From Gekko japonicus (Eukaryota), in contig NW_015163195.1 of the NCBI RefSeq assembly GCF_001447785.1, positions 73,267 to 137,266 of the forward strand: DNA of 64,000 bases. Direction: 5' to 3'. Of the stretch, positions 48,239 to 61,597 are shown in pieces. A program made the translations under genes and the position numbers. The notes under the pieces are model-generated. The model was given only the letters and a program-made list of their open reading frames with translations, was not told the DNA's origin and did no database searches. Within the stretch, counting starts at the first letter, position 1; every line of letters starts with the position of its first letter.

Positions 48239-48615
48239 TGTTAGATCGCGCTAACAAAGGACTCGTACAGTGATTCAGCAAGTGATTCAGCTTTATTGGA
48301 AGTAACGAGCAAGCACTAACTCAGTAAGAAACCAGAACAGAAAACAGTGGGAGCTTATGCTCCTTTTAAACATAACCGGGCTAATGTAGCCACGCCTATT
48401 TACAAATAACAACCAATGAGATTGCTAGAATAAAGACCAATGGGAGTCTTTCCCTCCTAGGGAATGGTATCGTTCTGATTGGTCGCTGTTACGAAGCGAC
48501 CAATAGGAAGTTCGCTCAGAGGAGCCCTGGTCTGGCTCGAAGCTTAACACGGGAGTCCTATGAGGTGATTCATGTAATCATTTCAATACATTACAATTCC
48601 TCCCCCCTAAGTTAA
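48239..48615 (-). mobile_element. 3' LTR (48239-48595) plus PPT of a truncated LTR retrotransposon
   Basis: On -: cttaacttaggggggaggaat|TGTAATG...CTAACA, several CCAAT boxes and AATAAA. Absent from the paralogous site ~55135. Confidence 0.8.
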
Positions 48616-51600
48616 GCCATCCCCTCTGGGTTTCTGCTCCAGGAGAATCCCCCAGGACCCCAGGCCAAGAAAAGAATTCCCCTCTCCAGGTAGTGTCAGC
48701 CTTGTGCACCTCTGGCTGCAGAGAGACCTGCTACAGAGCATCGGCAACGTCAAGGCGGAGGCATGCTTTCCATGTCTTTTGTTGGTTGCACATCGAGGGG
48801 CAGCCAGGCATTAACATGCTGAAAACTTTAGGCTAAACTGCTCTGCCTTCCTGCGAATGGGATGAACAGGAGCGGAATGCCTGCAGGTGGAGGAACCCTG
48901 CCGTGATTGGTAACCCATGTGCAAAGGTGAGTAGGTTTTTTCTAGCCACCAGTGTTTCTAGAATCTGCGTAATTCCTCCCTCCAATGGCAGGCAGAAAAG
49001 GGGGTGGCTTTCTGAGCCCTTTGGCTGGCAACAGCCACTCCAGATGCACCTTACGGAGCTACGATTTGTTCAGTAGAATGGAATGGAGAGCACGCGTATT
49101 TTTTCCCCCTAGGATCACACAAGAATGAAGGATTAGTGTCTCTGGCTTGAATATATGCAATCGAGACGATGCCCCAATAAAGGAAAGGCTGAAAAAGCAT
49201 GGCTCTTACCTGCCTGTGCTGCAGCCTTGCTGGGACTTGAATTCGGCACCGGTGTTGTTTTTTTTCCCATTTATCATTTTGCCACCTTTGATATTCAGTC
49301 CACTGGCGTCGCTGCTGGCTCTGGTGCTGGAACATCAACTCCATTTGCTTGAATCTAGAATTCATGGCTCTCCACCCTGGCTCAGTCACACCGGCTCACC
49401 ATTCCTCTCCATTATCCCATTCCTGAGCCTCAGGTTGCATGCACCGCAGTTGTCAGAATGGTGAGAAGTTCTAGAGTCTACTCGAGTGGCTATCCAGGTT
49501 GGTTCCTTTTCCTTTCATATGGACCCATCCGCCTCCTCCAGGTAGGTGGTAAGCCCACCTCCCCCAGGCCATGTGGGCACTTGGCCAGAGCCATTTCCCA
49601 GTTACGGACCACTGAACCAAGACCCACAGGTGGGGAGACCCATCTCAGTCATTTCATCGTGATGGACAGATTGATCAGAGGCCAAAGCACAGAGGACACA
49701 AACGTCCCTCCATGCAACTTGCACTAGCATACAGGAGCATTATTCGTTTATAGTGACATGTACATGAAAGGAGAGAAGTCCCTGGTTAAGGGGTCAGAGG
49801 GAGGCCAGGGATGGGTGGACATCTATGGAGGGGTGAAGAAGGAGGGTGTGGAATTAACAGTTAAGCTAAGTCCAGATAGATTGAAGGTTTAAAGGCAAGC
49901 CTGAAGAGGAGGCCGGGGATGTCCCAGAATTGCAGCTGATTTCCAGACTGAGCTATCTAATAAGGGATCAGGCAGATGATGGCTCTTGGGGAGGGGCTTT
50001 GGCTCAAGATGGGTGCATACAAAAGTAGATGGATGGATAGATAAATAGACCCATTACGCACACAGGTTTTACTGCAGATTTTCAGAGCAGTAAGCCTTTA
50101 GTCTTGACTTTGGATTTTGTACGTGCCGTATGCACTATTTTTCCTTCACTGTATTTATTCTGCACCTACAATTTTTAAAAGTGCGCTTTTCTAAATTGGG
50201 GTCGGACATGTGGGGGGAGGTGTCCAAAGTTTTCTTAAAAAACAAATTATGCAATTGCCCTATTGAAGCTCCGCTGTAGCATTCAGCAAGCATGTTCCAT
50301 TTAAATCCTCATGGTTCCGGTTTTACACATGCACAGTAGGATTAGTTCATTGAATGAAAGGGAACAGAAGGAACACAGGCAAAGGGGGAAAACCTGATAT
50401 TGACAATGACCAGACTTTTTTTTTTTTAACTGACAAGCGGCTGTGAAGTCCGGCTTTCCATATTGCTGAGCCCTAGAGGATTTACTGCTGTATTATCGGC
50501 CATTGTGAAAAATGGGAAAGACTCACAAAATCACAAAATATGGGGAAACATGATGAGTTTGCAGAATGCATGGTACAACCCACTGACATAGGCATTGCAA
50601 GCTGTGATCATTAGCAACGTGTGCGTGCCTATGCAAGTCGGCTGCAACTCCACCACGAGTTGCACAAGGCTGCAATTTGTATGGGAGAGGAGTCCTCTGG
50701 CAGACTGTCTGGAGAACTGGCAAAATCCAGTTGGAAAGTGCACTGAAAGTGGATTATTTAGAGTGTGTAGGAGAAAAGCCTTTTAGTCTTTGCCACTAAA
50801 TTGAAAAAATGGAGGTATTTTCACTGAAGCCGTAGCACAGCGGCATAGTAATGTTGATTTTCCCACCCTTTCCAGCAAAATTGCATGGGTTTCTCTTTGT
50901 GGTTCTCTAATTTGATCCTGCACACTGGTCATGATCTTGGCAGTATTTAGAGCTTGTCCTGTGCAGAGTCCACTCTGTCCTCCAAATACATCAATCCTGC
51001 GAGATTATTAAGTTCGGCAGTTTGCAAAAGGTTCATGTTGCTCAGCTGCCATTTTAATGTTAGGCTTCCAAAGACTGCCAAAACGTTCCCCCCCCCCAGG
51101 CATTAAAGCACTGAAGCATTAAAGAGAAAAACATTTTCAAAGCTTTTAGGCTTCCCATCCCAGTGGCTCCCTCTCTTTTTACACCTCATGTCAGTTTCCT
51201 TCTTCACTGATGATCCCCCCCCTTATTTTGTTTGAATGCAGCACTGAAATCCTTTTTTCTTTTTTTTTCTTTTTTTTTAAAGAGTTTATTTAAGTTTTCA
51301 GTATATTTTTTGCACTGAGGATACTGCCGTTTGCCTCCTCTCTGATCCTCCTTTCAAGTCAATACCACTAGGGAACTCATTTAATTTTTTTAATTTAGTA
51401 ATTCATATCACTAAACTCATGCTGCTAGTAAAAAAACAACAACGCCAAAAATTTAAAAACAAGAAGGCAATTGCAGTTTGTACACCAATGAAGGGGGGAG
51501 AATGGCAGAAGCTGCAGAGTGGGCAGAACAACCTTGGTGTAGGCCGGGGACTGACCTTCAAGGGGCAGCAAAAGGCCAGGGGGGAACCCTGAGGGAATAT

Positions 51601-52242
51601 GTACACTTTGAATTACCCTAAGCTTGGAAGCAAAACAAGGGGGAAATTGGCAAAGAAGCACTCTTAGAAAACACAGAGAAACAGCAACTCGAAAGCAAAC
51701 TGAACCCTGAACGTAGGAAAATCAATGCAGAATGACAAAGAGGTGTATTATGCACAGGTGTTTCCCCTTGCTATCACCATGCATGTCCATCAAGTTTTCT
51801 TTGTCAAGTTTTCTTTGTCATTTTGCATTGATAATTGGAGAATAGTTCCTCCAGTTGATAGGATCTGGGGACATTTCAAAGTGTTGCCTAATCAGCTACA
51901 CGGTAGATGAAAAAGAGGAGAGGATGCATTTATGATGGATAAAATCAGTTTAAATTTTGTTCTCCTCCAAAGGTGTTCTTCTGCACAAGCAAATGAATTG
52001 AGATATGTCATGGTGGGAGTGAGAGAAACAGGTGGTTACCTGGGAGATGGGGGGGTGAGCTAAAAGTTAAGTACAGGAAAGTACTGAAGGCAGAAACTGC
52101 AGGAGGACAAGACTTCAACAGATGCATTCCCCATGCCCTAAATTAGTTATGCAACCAATAGCCCTAGAGGGCAATTTTTCTTTTTCATAGACAACACCCA
52201 GAGCTATTGATCATCACAGTACCTAAGATGAATATGTGCTTT

Positions 52243-52274
52243 CTCCACTTATTTCTCTCTCCCTTTAGGTGAGT
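52243..52274 (+). promoter_or_regulatory. OR-D acceptor fused to donor (TAG|GTGAGT)
   Basis: tttctctctccctttAG(52267-52268)|GTGAGT; ATG at 52287. Confidence 0.7.
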
Positions 52275-52286
52275 CCTGAAGTCTCA

Positions 52287-53243
52287 ATGGGAGTGAGGAA
52301 TCAGACACGAGAGGTGGAATTTGTCTTCCTGTGTTTCTCCGGCATCCCAAACAGCCACATCTCCCTCTTCCTGCCATTCCTAGCCATTTACTTGGTCACC
52401 GTGCTGGGCAACCTCATGATATTTACTCTGATTCAGCTGGATTCCAGCCTCCAGAGCCCCATGTATTACTTCCTCAGCCATCTCTCCTGCCTCGACATCT
52501 GCATCTCCTCCGTCACAGTCCCCAAGATCCTGGTGAACTTTTTGTACCAGCAACAGACCATCACCTACAACCAATGCCTGGCCCAGATGTTCTTCCTGAT
52601 GTCTTTCACGGGGACAGAGGCTGCCTTGCTGGGTGTCATGGCCTATGACCGCTATGCCGCCATCTGCAAGCCTTTGCATTACTCCTGCCTTATGAACACC
52701 AAGGTGTGCACCATTTTAGCCTTTGCCACCTGGGTCTGGGGCTTCCTAAATGCTGCACTCCATACAGCTCTCAGCACCAAGGTGCACTTCTGTGGAGTCA
52801 ACCAGATTCATCACATTTTCTGTGATATTCCTCCACTGATGAAAATTTCTTGCAATGATGTGCATATCAATCAACTGGCATCCCAAATAGCAAGCCTTTT
52901 TGTGGGCATGGCCCCCTTCCTGTTCACTATCCTCTCATACAACTTCATCCTGTCCTCCATCTTGAAGATCCGGTCCACCACTGGCAAGCGCAAAGCTTTT
53001 TCCACCTGTGCCTCTCACCTCACCGTTGTCATAATTTACTTTGGAAATGGATTCCTTAACTATAATCATCCAGGCACGGGTTATTCCTTAGAGACTGACA
53101 CTCTGGTCTCCACCATGTACTGCATCATCACCCCAATGCTGAACCCCCTCATCTACAGCCTCCGGAACAAAGAGGTGAAGGGTGCTCTGAAGAAGGTTCT
53201 AGAAAGTCAGAGGAAGGTCTACAAACTATCACACAAACAGTAA
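52287..53243 (+). CDS. Olfactory receptor, class II (OR-D), 318 aa
   Basis: Canonical motifs; intact ORF. FLCFS replaces the usual FLGFS. Confidence 0.96.
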   Translation: MGVRNQTREVEFVFLCFSGIPNSHISLFLPFLAIYLVTVLGNLMIFTLIQLDSSLQSPMYYFLSHLSCLDICISSVTVPKILVNFLYQQQTITYNQCLAQMFFLMSFTGTEAALLGVMAYDRYAAICKPLHYSCLMNTKVCTILAFATWVWGFLNAALHTALSTKVHFCGVNQIHHIFCDIPPLMKISCNDVHINQLASQIASLFVGMAPFLFTILSYNFILSSILKIRSTTGKRKAFSTCASHLTVVIIYFGNGFLNYNHPGTGYSLETDTLVSTMYCIITPMLNPLIYSLRNKEVKGALKKVLESQRKVYKLSHKQ

Positions 53244-53757
53244 AGAAGAACATTTGCCGAATCTGTCAGTTGTTGCCAACCCTGGCGAGGAGACTTCTGG
53301 CTCCTCTTCTTTCCCATCAGTGGTCAACTGTGAATGCATCCTTTGCCAGGCAATGCCCCTAGTTCCTGGCAAGTGAAACACCAAACTGATTGTGATGTTG
53401 ATCTTGTGTTCTGCTTTATGTTCCATTGGCTTCAATATTCTCATATTTTAAGTACGAAGAAGATAAGGAAATTCTGTAAATAAATGAATGATAAATTATT
53501 TCATACTCCCCAAATACAAAACCTAATGGGAAATGAAAGAGATATTTACAATGTAGCCATTAGAAAGCCAAAGAGTTATAGCCAGAAGGTTTTTGAAGTA
53601 TACATTTCCTGTCCGGGTGTGTGCCTCTCACATTTTATGCTGTCCTTCCTCCAAAGAGCTCAGGGGGGCATACATACTTCTCTCTTCCCCATTTGATTTT
53701 CATAGCAGCTCTGAGATATACATCCAACTGAGAGAAGATTGGCCTAAGGTCATGCAG

Positions 53758-54682
53758 CGTACTGATGTAGCTTCCCTTGGAGGCACGAGCTGGGGTTCCC
53801 TTGGGGCAAGTAACAGGCAAGGTTTCAGAGAGTAACCAAAGTCCAGTCCAAAAGTCAGGGGTTCCAGAGAGCAGGTTTCCCAGAGTCCAGTCTAGAGTCA
53901 AGGAGTTCTAGGTAGCAAGTCTAATTCCAGTCTGGTTTTGTCCAAGGTCAGAGGTTCCAGAAAAGCCAATTGTCAGGTCAAGGTTGCAGAGATCCAGTAG
54001 CAGCAAAGTTAGTAGAACAGTATGAAAGTGTACTTGCTGTGTCCACAAACGGCTGCTTCTCCCAGCTGAATTTATAGCCAACCCTTAATGAGCTAAACTC
54101 CCAGCCAATTCCTTGGCAGTCATCCTGAAACTACTTATTCATCTCTTCAATTGACAGCTGAGGATAGGCCATGAGCTGCAAGGGTGTCTGTGGGTGAGCT
54201 AGGTGGGCTGGGAGTGGCTGCTGTAGACTTGTTTACTACTTCAGAGCTACAAGATGTTGGCTTGGGTTCAGCTGTAGGTTGTGACTCCTTACCAGCTGGT
54301 AACCTGATCGCTTCTTGTTCCCTTTTTGGCTCAGAGCCAGCTGTAGCTGGCTGTTCAATCCCGCAGTCATCCTGAAACTACTTATTCATCTCTTCAATTG
54401 ACAGCTGAGGATAGGCCATGAGCTGCAAGGGTGTCTGTGGGTGAGCTAGGTGGGCTGGGAGTGGCTGCTGTAGACTTGTTTACTACTTCAGAGCTACAAG
54501 ATGTTGGCTTGGGTTCAGCTGTAGGTTGTGACTCCTTACCAGCTGGTAACCTGATCGCTTCTTGTTCCCTTTTTGGCTCAGAGCCAGCTGTAGCTGGCTG
54601 TTCAATCCCTGGCTCAGGGCTAGCAGGTAGCTCTTTGTCAGAGAAATCTGAGTCATCACTCAGCACAAACTGACTTATGACA
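53758..54682. mobile_element. Ancient solo-LTR-like copy, OR-D unit (no SINE inside)
   Basis: Homologous to 34149-34825; ends ttatgaca|cccag. Confidence 0.65.
54116..54609. repeat. Exact 247-bp tandem duplication
   Basis: 54116-54362 = 54363-54609 by eye. Confidence 0.9.
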
Positions 54683-56469
54683 CCCAGTGAGTGTCATAGA
54701 TTGAGTAGGGATTGGAACCCAGTTTGTTGTAGTGGTTAGGAGCGTAAACTCTAATATGGGAGAACCGGGTTTGATTCCCCACTCCTCCACATGTGGCTGT
54801 TGGTGTGACCTTGGGTCAGTCATAAGCTCTTTCAGAGCTGTTCTCTCAAGAGCAGTTCTCAAGGGAGCTCTCTCAGCCTCGCATTCCTCACGGGGTGTCT
54901 GTCGTGGGGAGGGGAAAGGGAAGGGATTGTAAGCCGCTCTGAGACTCTCTTCTTCTCTGAAACCCACACTCAATCCAGTATGGGACAAGGCTGCTTTTGG
55001 CATGTCACTCGCTTAAGTTAGCCCTGAGCAGATCTCAGGTCCAAATTCATGTTCGCAGCTCAGCTGGCAACCTCAGCTGGCAACAAGAATCCAGAGACCC
55101 AGAACACAAGCCGCATCGTGCCTTTTATTGGGACTAGCCCAATGACCCTGAATAGGGGTTCAGGACAGGTGGCAGCGAGGCCAGTCAATCAGTCAATCAA
55201 TTTATTACAGTCATACACCAGCAAACAATACGGTAAGGGGCAAGTAGATAACCGGTAAAAGAACAGTAAAATTATAAAATATAATAACATCTAAAATTAT
55301 GAACAGGAATCAAAAAGGTTTAAGATACAGAAATGGTAAAAAAATTATGTTAAGATCAAAGGTTAAAAATAAATGTAAGCATAGCTGCACTTCTTTATCA
55401 GGTTTAGGACAGGGGGCAGCTAGGCCAGTCCACTGCATGTTTACATGTGCTGCACAGCCTTCTGGGAATAAATGGTGTTTACTTCTCCCCTGGAATTCTG
55501 AGATCCGTCCCAACTCTCTGAGCCTCCAGCCATTATGCTTTACTCCCTCTGGGTTTCTGCTCCAGGAGAATCCCCCAGGACCCCAGGCCAAGAAAAGAAT
55601 TCCCCTTTCCAGGTAGTGTCAGCCTTGTGCACCTCTGGCTGCAGAGAGACCTGCTCCACGGCATCGGCAGTGTCATGCTGGAGGCATCCTTTCCATGTCT
55701 TTTGTTGGTTGCACATCGAGGGGCTACCAGGCATTAACATCCTGAAAACTTTAGGCTAAGCTGCTCTGCCTTCCTGCGAATGGGATGAACAGGAGCTGAA
55801 CGCCTGCAGGTGGAGGAACCCTGCCTTGATTTGTCACCTTTGTGCAAAGGTGAGTAGGTTTTTTCTAGCCACCAGTGTTTCTAGACGCTGAGTAATTCCT
55901 CTCTCCAGTGGCAGGCAGAAAAGGGGGTGGTTTTCTGAGCCCTTTGGCTGGCAACAGCCACTCCAGATGCACCTTATGGAGCTATGATTTGTTCAGGAGA
56001 ATTCAATGGAGACCACAAGTGTTTTTATTCTAGGATTGTGCTAAATACAAGAATGAAGGATTAGCGTCTCTGCCCCTTTGGTGGCTCGAATATATGCCAT
56101 CGAGACAGTGCCCCAATAAAAGAAAGGGCAAAGAAGCATGGCTCTAACCTGCCTGTGCTGCAGCCTTGGTGGGACTTGAATTCGGCACCGGGTTTTTTTA
56201 ATTTATCATTTTGCCACCTTTGATCTTCAGTTCACTGGCGTCATTGCCAGCTCTGATGCTGGAACATCAACTGCCTTTGCTCTAGACTTCGTGGTTCTCC
56301 ACCCTGGCTCAGTCACACCAGATCACCATTCCTCTCCATTATCCCATTCCTGACCCCAGCGTTGCATGCACCTTGTTTGTCGGGATGCTGAGACATTCTA
56401 CAGTCTACTCTAGTGGCTATCCAGGTTGGCTCCCTTAAGAGAAAAAAAAGCACAGGAGGCTTCCGATGT

Positions 56470-56808
56470 CATAAAAACAAAAGAAGAGGCCCTGCTGGAT
56501 CAGACCAAAAGCCCATCAAGTCCAGCATTCTGTTCACACACAGGGGCCGACCAGCATCCTCTGGGAAACCCACCGGCAGGCAGACTGCAACTGCGTCCTC
56601 CCACCTCCACCCGTGCTCCCTGGCAAGCCATGCAAGGAGGCACACGGCCTCTGGCACTGGAAGGAGTAGATGTCCATCATGACCGGTAGCCATTGATAAC
56701 CCCGTCCTCCATGAATTTGTCCACTCCCCTTTTAAAGCCTTTCAAGTTGGTGGACATGGCCACATTCTGTGGCAGTGAGTTCCACAAATTAACTGCATGC
56801 TGTGTGTC
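56470..56808 (-). mobile_element. CR1-like 3' end fragment
   Basis: ctgctggatcagacc...ccatcaagtccagcattctgtt 3'UTR and a WNSLPQNV...FKRGVDKFME ORF end on -. Confidence 0.75.
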
Positions 56809-56940
56809 TTGGCAAAATTAGTTTTATTTGCAAATAAACAGGTACAGGACAAGTGGAGACCCGAGGCACTCCCACAGGGCATCAGATTTGCTACCCCATT
56901 TTATATGCCCCCAGGGGTTCCAGCTCACTACAGACCGAAG

Positions 56941-57228
56941 CCGATTTCCCACAAGCCGCTGCTCCGCCCTCGCTCTTCCCTTTCCCCCGAGCGAATGCGT
57001 CAATTCACCACTATTCACTGCACGGCCACATTTTGACCCGCAGCTTTGCCTGATTTCCCCCCGCGTCTTCTCGACCCTGTTTTTTTTTTTTTTTGAGAAC
57101 TGAGTAGAGGCAGGGGAAATCAGGTGAAGTTGCGAGGCAAAATGTGACCGTGCAGCAAATAGTGGGAAATTGACTCATATGCTCGGGGAGGAAGAGCAAG
57201 GGCGGAGCAGTGGCTTGTGGGAAATCGG
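56941..57228. mobile_element. Fold-back (MITE-like) element, ~290 bp
   Basis: ccgatttcccacaagccgctgctccgccct...agggcggagcagtggcttgtgggaaatcgg; the arms are complementary along their length around a central T-run. Confidence 0.85.
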
Positions 57229-57577
57229 TCCAAGTTGTCTGCCCCCCTTCCAGCATCTAAAAATGCTGCCCTTTTTTCATGCAGGCCCATCTGCCACCTC
57301 CAGCAAGGTGGTAAGCCCACCTTCCCCAGCCCAGGTGGGCATTTGGTCAGGGCCATTACCCAATAACGGACCACTGAACCAATACCCACAGGTGGGGAGG
57401 CCCATCTCAGTCATTTGGACAGATTGATCAGAGGCCAAAGCACAAAGGACACAAACTTCCCTGCATGCAACGCTCATTAGCATATATGCGCCTTATTCAC
57501 TTATAGTGACAAGTACATGAAGGGAGAGAAGTTCCCGGTTCAGGGGTCAGAGAGAAGCCAGGGATGGGTGGACATCT

Positions 57578-57902
57578 ATGGGGGGGGCAACAGTGGGAGG
57601 GCTTCTAGTGTCCTGGCCCCACTGCTGGACCTCCTGATGGCCCCTGGTATTTTTGGCCACTGTGTGACATAGAGTGTTGGACTTGATCCAGCATTGACTT
57701 CTCTTATGTTCTTCTGTCTGGGGCAAGGGATGCTCTGTATTCTTGGTGCTGGGGGGGGGGCAACAGTGGGAGGGCTTCTAGTATCCTGGTTCCACTGGTG
57801 GACCTCCTGAGGGCACCTGGTGGTTTTGGCCACTGTGTGACACAGAGTGTTGGACTGGATGGACCGTTGGCTTCATCCAATATTGGCTTCTCTTAGGTTC
57901 TT
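57578..57902 (+). repeat. Two tandem CR1 3'UTR units
   Basis: Same unit as 10134-10676. Confidence 0.85.
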
Positions 57903-58139
57903 AGGGAGGGTATGGAGTTCATGGTTAAGCCAAGTCCACATAGATTGAAGGTTAAAAAGCAAGCCTGAAGAGGATCCTTGGGATCTCCCAGAATTGCAGC
58001 TGATCTCCAGACTGAGCTATCTAATAGGGGATAAGGCAGATGATATCTCTTGGGGAGGGGCTTTGGCTCAGATGACCTACCACTGACCCACAGCCCCTCC
58101 CCAAGAGAGAAAATGTGTGTGTCTTCCAGGTTCTATGGA

Positions 58140-58386
58140 AAGAGTCGGTTTTTATACCCAACTTCTCTCTACCCTAAGGAGTCCCAAAGTCGCTTGCAAT
58201 CACCTTCCCTTCCTCTCCCCACAACAGGCACCTTGTGAGGCAGGTGGGGCTCAGAGAGCTTGGAGAGAACTGTGACTGGCCCAAGGTCACCCAGCTGGCT
58301 TCATGTGGAGGAGGAGGAGTGGGGAAGCAAACCCAGTTCTCCACATTAGAACCCACCACTCTTAACCACTACACCACACTGGCTCT
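58140..58386 (-). mobile_element. Squam3-like SINE (paralogous copies at ~30700-30945 and 37175-37400)
   Basis: Same element at the same position in three units. Confidence 0.8.
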
Positions 58387-59974
58387 AATGGTTAGACTTT
58401 GGTTCCACAGCAGTGGAAGGCGCAAGTGTTGGGCCTACGGCTTCACAGGAAAGGTGTGTTTTCTCGAGGGATTTGAAGGAAGTGATAGAAAGGGAGGAAA
58501 ACCAGCATTCTGGGAGGCAGGTCCAGGTGTGGACTCACTTGAGGGAGTAGGAGTTCTTGGCACTGAGGAGGGTGGTGGAGCTGGAGGAGCAAAGGTGTCA
58601 AGGGTGGAGGGGGAAGAAAAAGAAGGAGAAGGAAGTGGAAAGAGAGGAGGAGGCGCAGGAGCTGGCTGCATGCGGAGGAGTGGGGGATCAAACCTGGTTG
58701 TCTAGATTAGAATCCACCGCTCTGACTATACACCACACTGGTTCTCTTTTCACACAGCTCAGGAGGACAAGATAAACTCTGGAGGATAAGATTGTGATAG
58801 ATCCAGGAGGGGAAACAGAACTCTTTGTGGGTTGAAGGAGCTGAGCCAAACAATGTGTACTTTCGTGGGGAGAGTGCTGCATAGAGGGGAGACAATGGAG
58901 GTGGGACCATGGAAGGTCAGAGAAGGGAACATATCAGTAGTTAAGGCCAGAGCAGTGGAGAACATAAACCAGAGTTTTCACAAAGGAAAGTCTGTATTTT
59001 TGTAGTACTGCTAAGAACATACCAATGTGACTTGAAGACACTAAATGAGGAGCAAAAGAGTAACATGAGTCTTAGATGAAGGTAAGGTTTGGTGCTTGTT
59101 CTGTAGGGAGGAGGGTGGCCCTGGCAATGGATACAGAGTAGATACAGAGAGGAGGGCATGGGGGGGGGGGAGAGGAGAAGTCCAATAGAGGATGGATTGA
59201 TGGATGGATAGACCCATTAGGCACACCTATTTTACTGCAGATTTTCAGAGCAGTAAGCCTTTGGACTCTGGATTCTGTGCCCACTTTATGCACCATTCTT
59301 TTTCCTCTGGTGCATTTATTCAGAAGCTCCAATTTTATAAAGCGTGCTTTTCTAAATTGGGGTGGAACATCACTTGTGATGTGTGGAGGGTGGCGTTCAA
59401 CGTTTCTTTTTTTAAATATGTAATTGCTCTATTGCAACTGCACAGTAGCATGCAGCAAGTGCCTTCCATTTAAATCCTCCTGGTTCAGGTTTTACACGTG
59501 CATTATAGTGTTAGTTTGTTGAATGATAGGAAGCAGGAAGGAATGCAGGCAAAGGAGAAAAACCTGATGTTGAAACTGACCAGACTTTTTTGAAACTGAC
59601 CAGCAGCTGCGAAGTCCTGTTTTCCATATTGCCGAGCACTAGGGAATTCCCTGCTGTGTTATCGGCCCCTGTGAAAAATGGGAAAAGTCACACAATCTCA
59701 TAATATGGGGAAATATGTTGAGTGTACATTGTACAGAATGCACACACTGATAATGGCATTGCAAGCTGTGATCATTGGCAATGTATGGGTGTGCACGCGT
59801 CTGTGCAAAGTTGGCTGCAATTCCACCACACATTGTAGAGGGCTGCAATTTATATGGGGGGAGAGTCTTCTGGCAGAAGTTCTGGAGAGCTTTAGTCTTG
59901 AGCCACTGTATTGAAAAAAAATGGGAGGTATTTTCACCGAAGCCCTAGCACAGTTGCCTAATAGTGCTAATTTC

Positions 59975-60362
59975 TGACGGCGTGCACGAAGCGTCCGAAT
60001 AATAAGAGTTTCAGGTTGCTGTGTGAAGCTATATACAGTGGTTTTATTTACAGAGTATTTACAGACAGTCCATACCACCATGCGGTCTCCAAATCATAGA
60101 ATTGTCCGACAAGGTGCTTCGCAGTAAACTAATTCACAGGTGTGAACACTTACATCAGGACTGTTCTCCTTATATACAGACTAGCACCAATCAGAGTCTT
60201 GTGCCGACTCATGGTGACTATTAATTAAGCTGATGCAACCTAGTGCAATCAGTACCTGGTGACACTGTCACATGACAGTTTAACCTGTCACACAGATCAG
60301 TATGATCTAACTCAATCATACCTGGCTGTCATCTTGCCCAGATATCTTACAATATACTGTCA
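59975..60362 (-). mobile_element. Solo LTR, 388 bp, 5-bp TSD (atttc)
   Basis: atttc|TGAC...GTCA|atttc; TATA-like and AATAAA motifs on -. The empty site is visible in the paralog at ~13690 (gctaatttcctgcc). Confidence 0.88.
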
Positions 60363-61554
60363 ATTTCCTGCCCATTCTTGCAAATTGGCGTGGTTTTCTT
60401 TTTGTGATTCTCTAATTTGATTCTGCATTCTGGTTGTGATCTTGGCAGTTTTTTAGAGCCTGTCCTGTGCGGATTGCACTCTGCCCTCTAGATGGGTTGA
60501 TCCAAAGAGATTCTTAAGTTCATCAGTTTGCAAAGGTCCATGTGGTTCAGCCACCATTTTAATATTAGGCTTCCGGAGACTGCCAACATTATCCCCCCCC
60601 CAGCTTTGTTCACTAAAGGGTTAAAGAGAAGAATGCTTTCAAACTTTTAGGCTCCCAATCCCAGTGTCTGTCTCTCTTTACATCTTATGCCAATTTCATT
60701 ACATGCTTATGATCCCCCCCTTTATTTTGTTTGTGAGCAGCACTAAAATCTTTTTTTTTACATAGGGAGGCTGCCACTTGCCTCCTCTCTGATCTCCCTT
60801 TCAAGTCAATACCAGCAGGGAACAACCTCACATAGCTCCTTTTAAACTCCCCCCCTTTTAATTTTTTTAAATTTAGTGATTTGAGATTACTGATAGTCTC
60901 GTATCTCTATACTCATGTCACTTATTTAAAAATTCAAAAATTTATAAACAAGGGGAAATTGGAGCTTGTGCACTGATGAAGGGGGGAGGATGGCGGAAGG
61001 TGCACAGTGGACGGAACGACCTCAACGTGGCAAAACAGTGTGCGTGGGGGAACGTGAGGGAATCTGTACGCTAAACCTTCAGTTTAGAACCAAAACAAGG
61101 GGGAAATCAGCATAAATTCACTCTCAGAAAACCTGGAGAAACAGCAGCTGGAAAGCAAACTGAAGGAAGGAAAATCCATGTGGCATATTATGCATGGTTC
61201 CCCCCACACACACACACGCTTTCACCATGCATGTCTGTTGGGTTTTTTTGGTCATCTTGCATTGATAGTTGGAGAATAGTTCCTCCAGGTGAGAAGATCA
61301 GGGTAGATTTCAAAGTGTTGCCTAACCAGCTACATGGTAGATGAGAAAGAGGAGAGGATGCATTTACAATGGATAAAATCACCTTACAATTTTGTTCTCC
61401 TCCAAAGGTGTTCTTCTGCATGAGCAAACGAATTGAGATGTGTGGTGGAGAGAGTGAGAGGAAAAGGCAGTTTTTTGGGAGATGGGGGGGGTGAGTTAAG
61501 GACAGGAAAGTACTGAAGGCAGAAACTGCAGGAGGACAAGACTTCAACAGATGC

Positions 61555-61585
61555 TTTCCCTATTTTTCTCTCCTTACAGGTGAGT
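61555..61585 (+). promoter_or_regulatory. OR-E acceptor fused to donor (CAG|GTGAGT)
   Basis: tttttctctccttacAG(61578-61579)|GTGAGT; ATG at 61598. Confidence 0.7.
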
Positions 61586-61597
61586 TCTGAAACCTCA

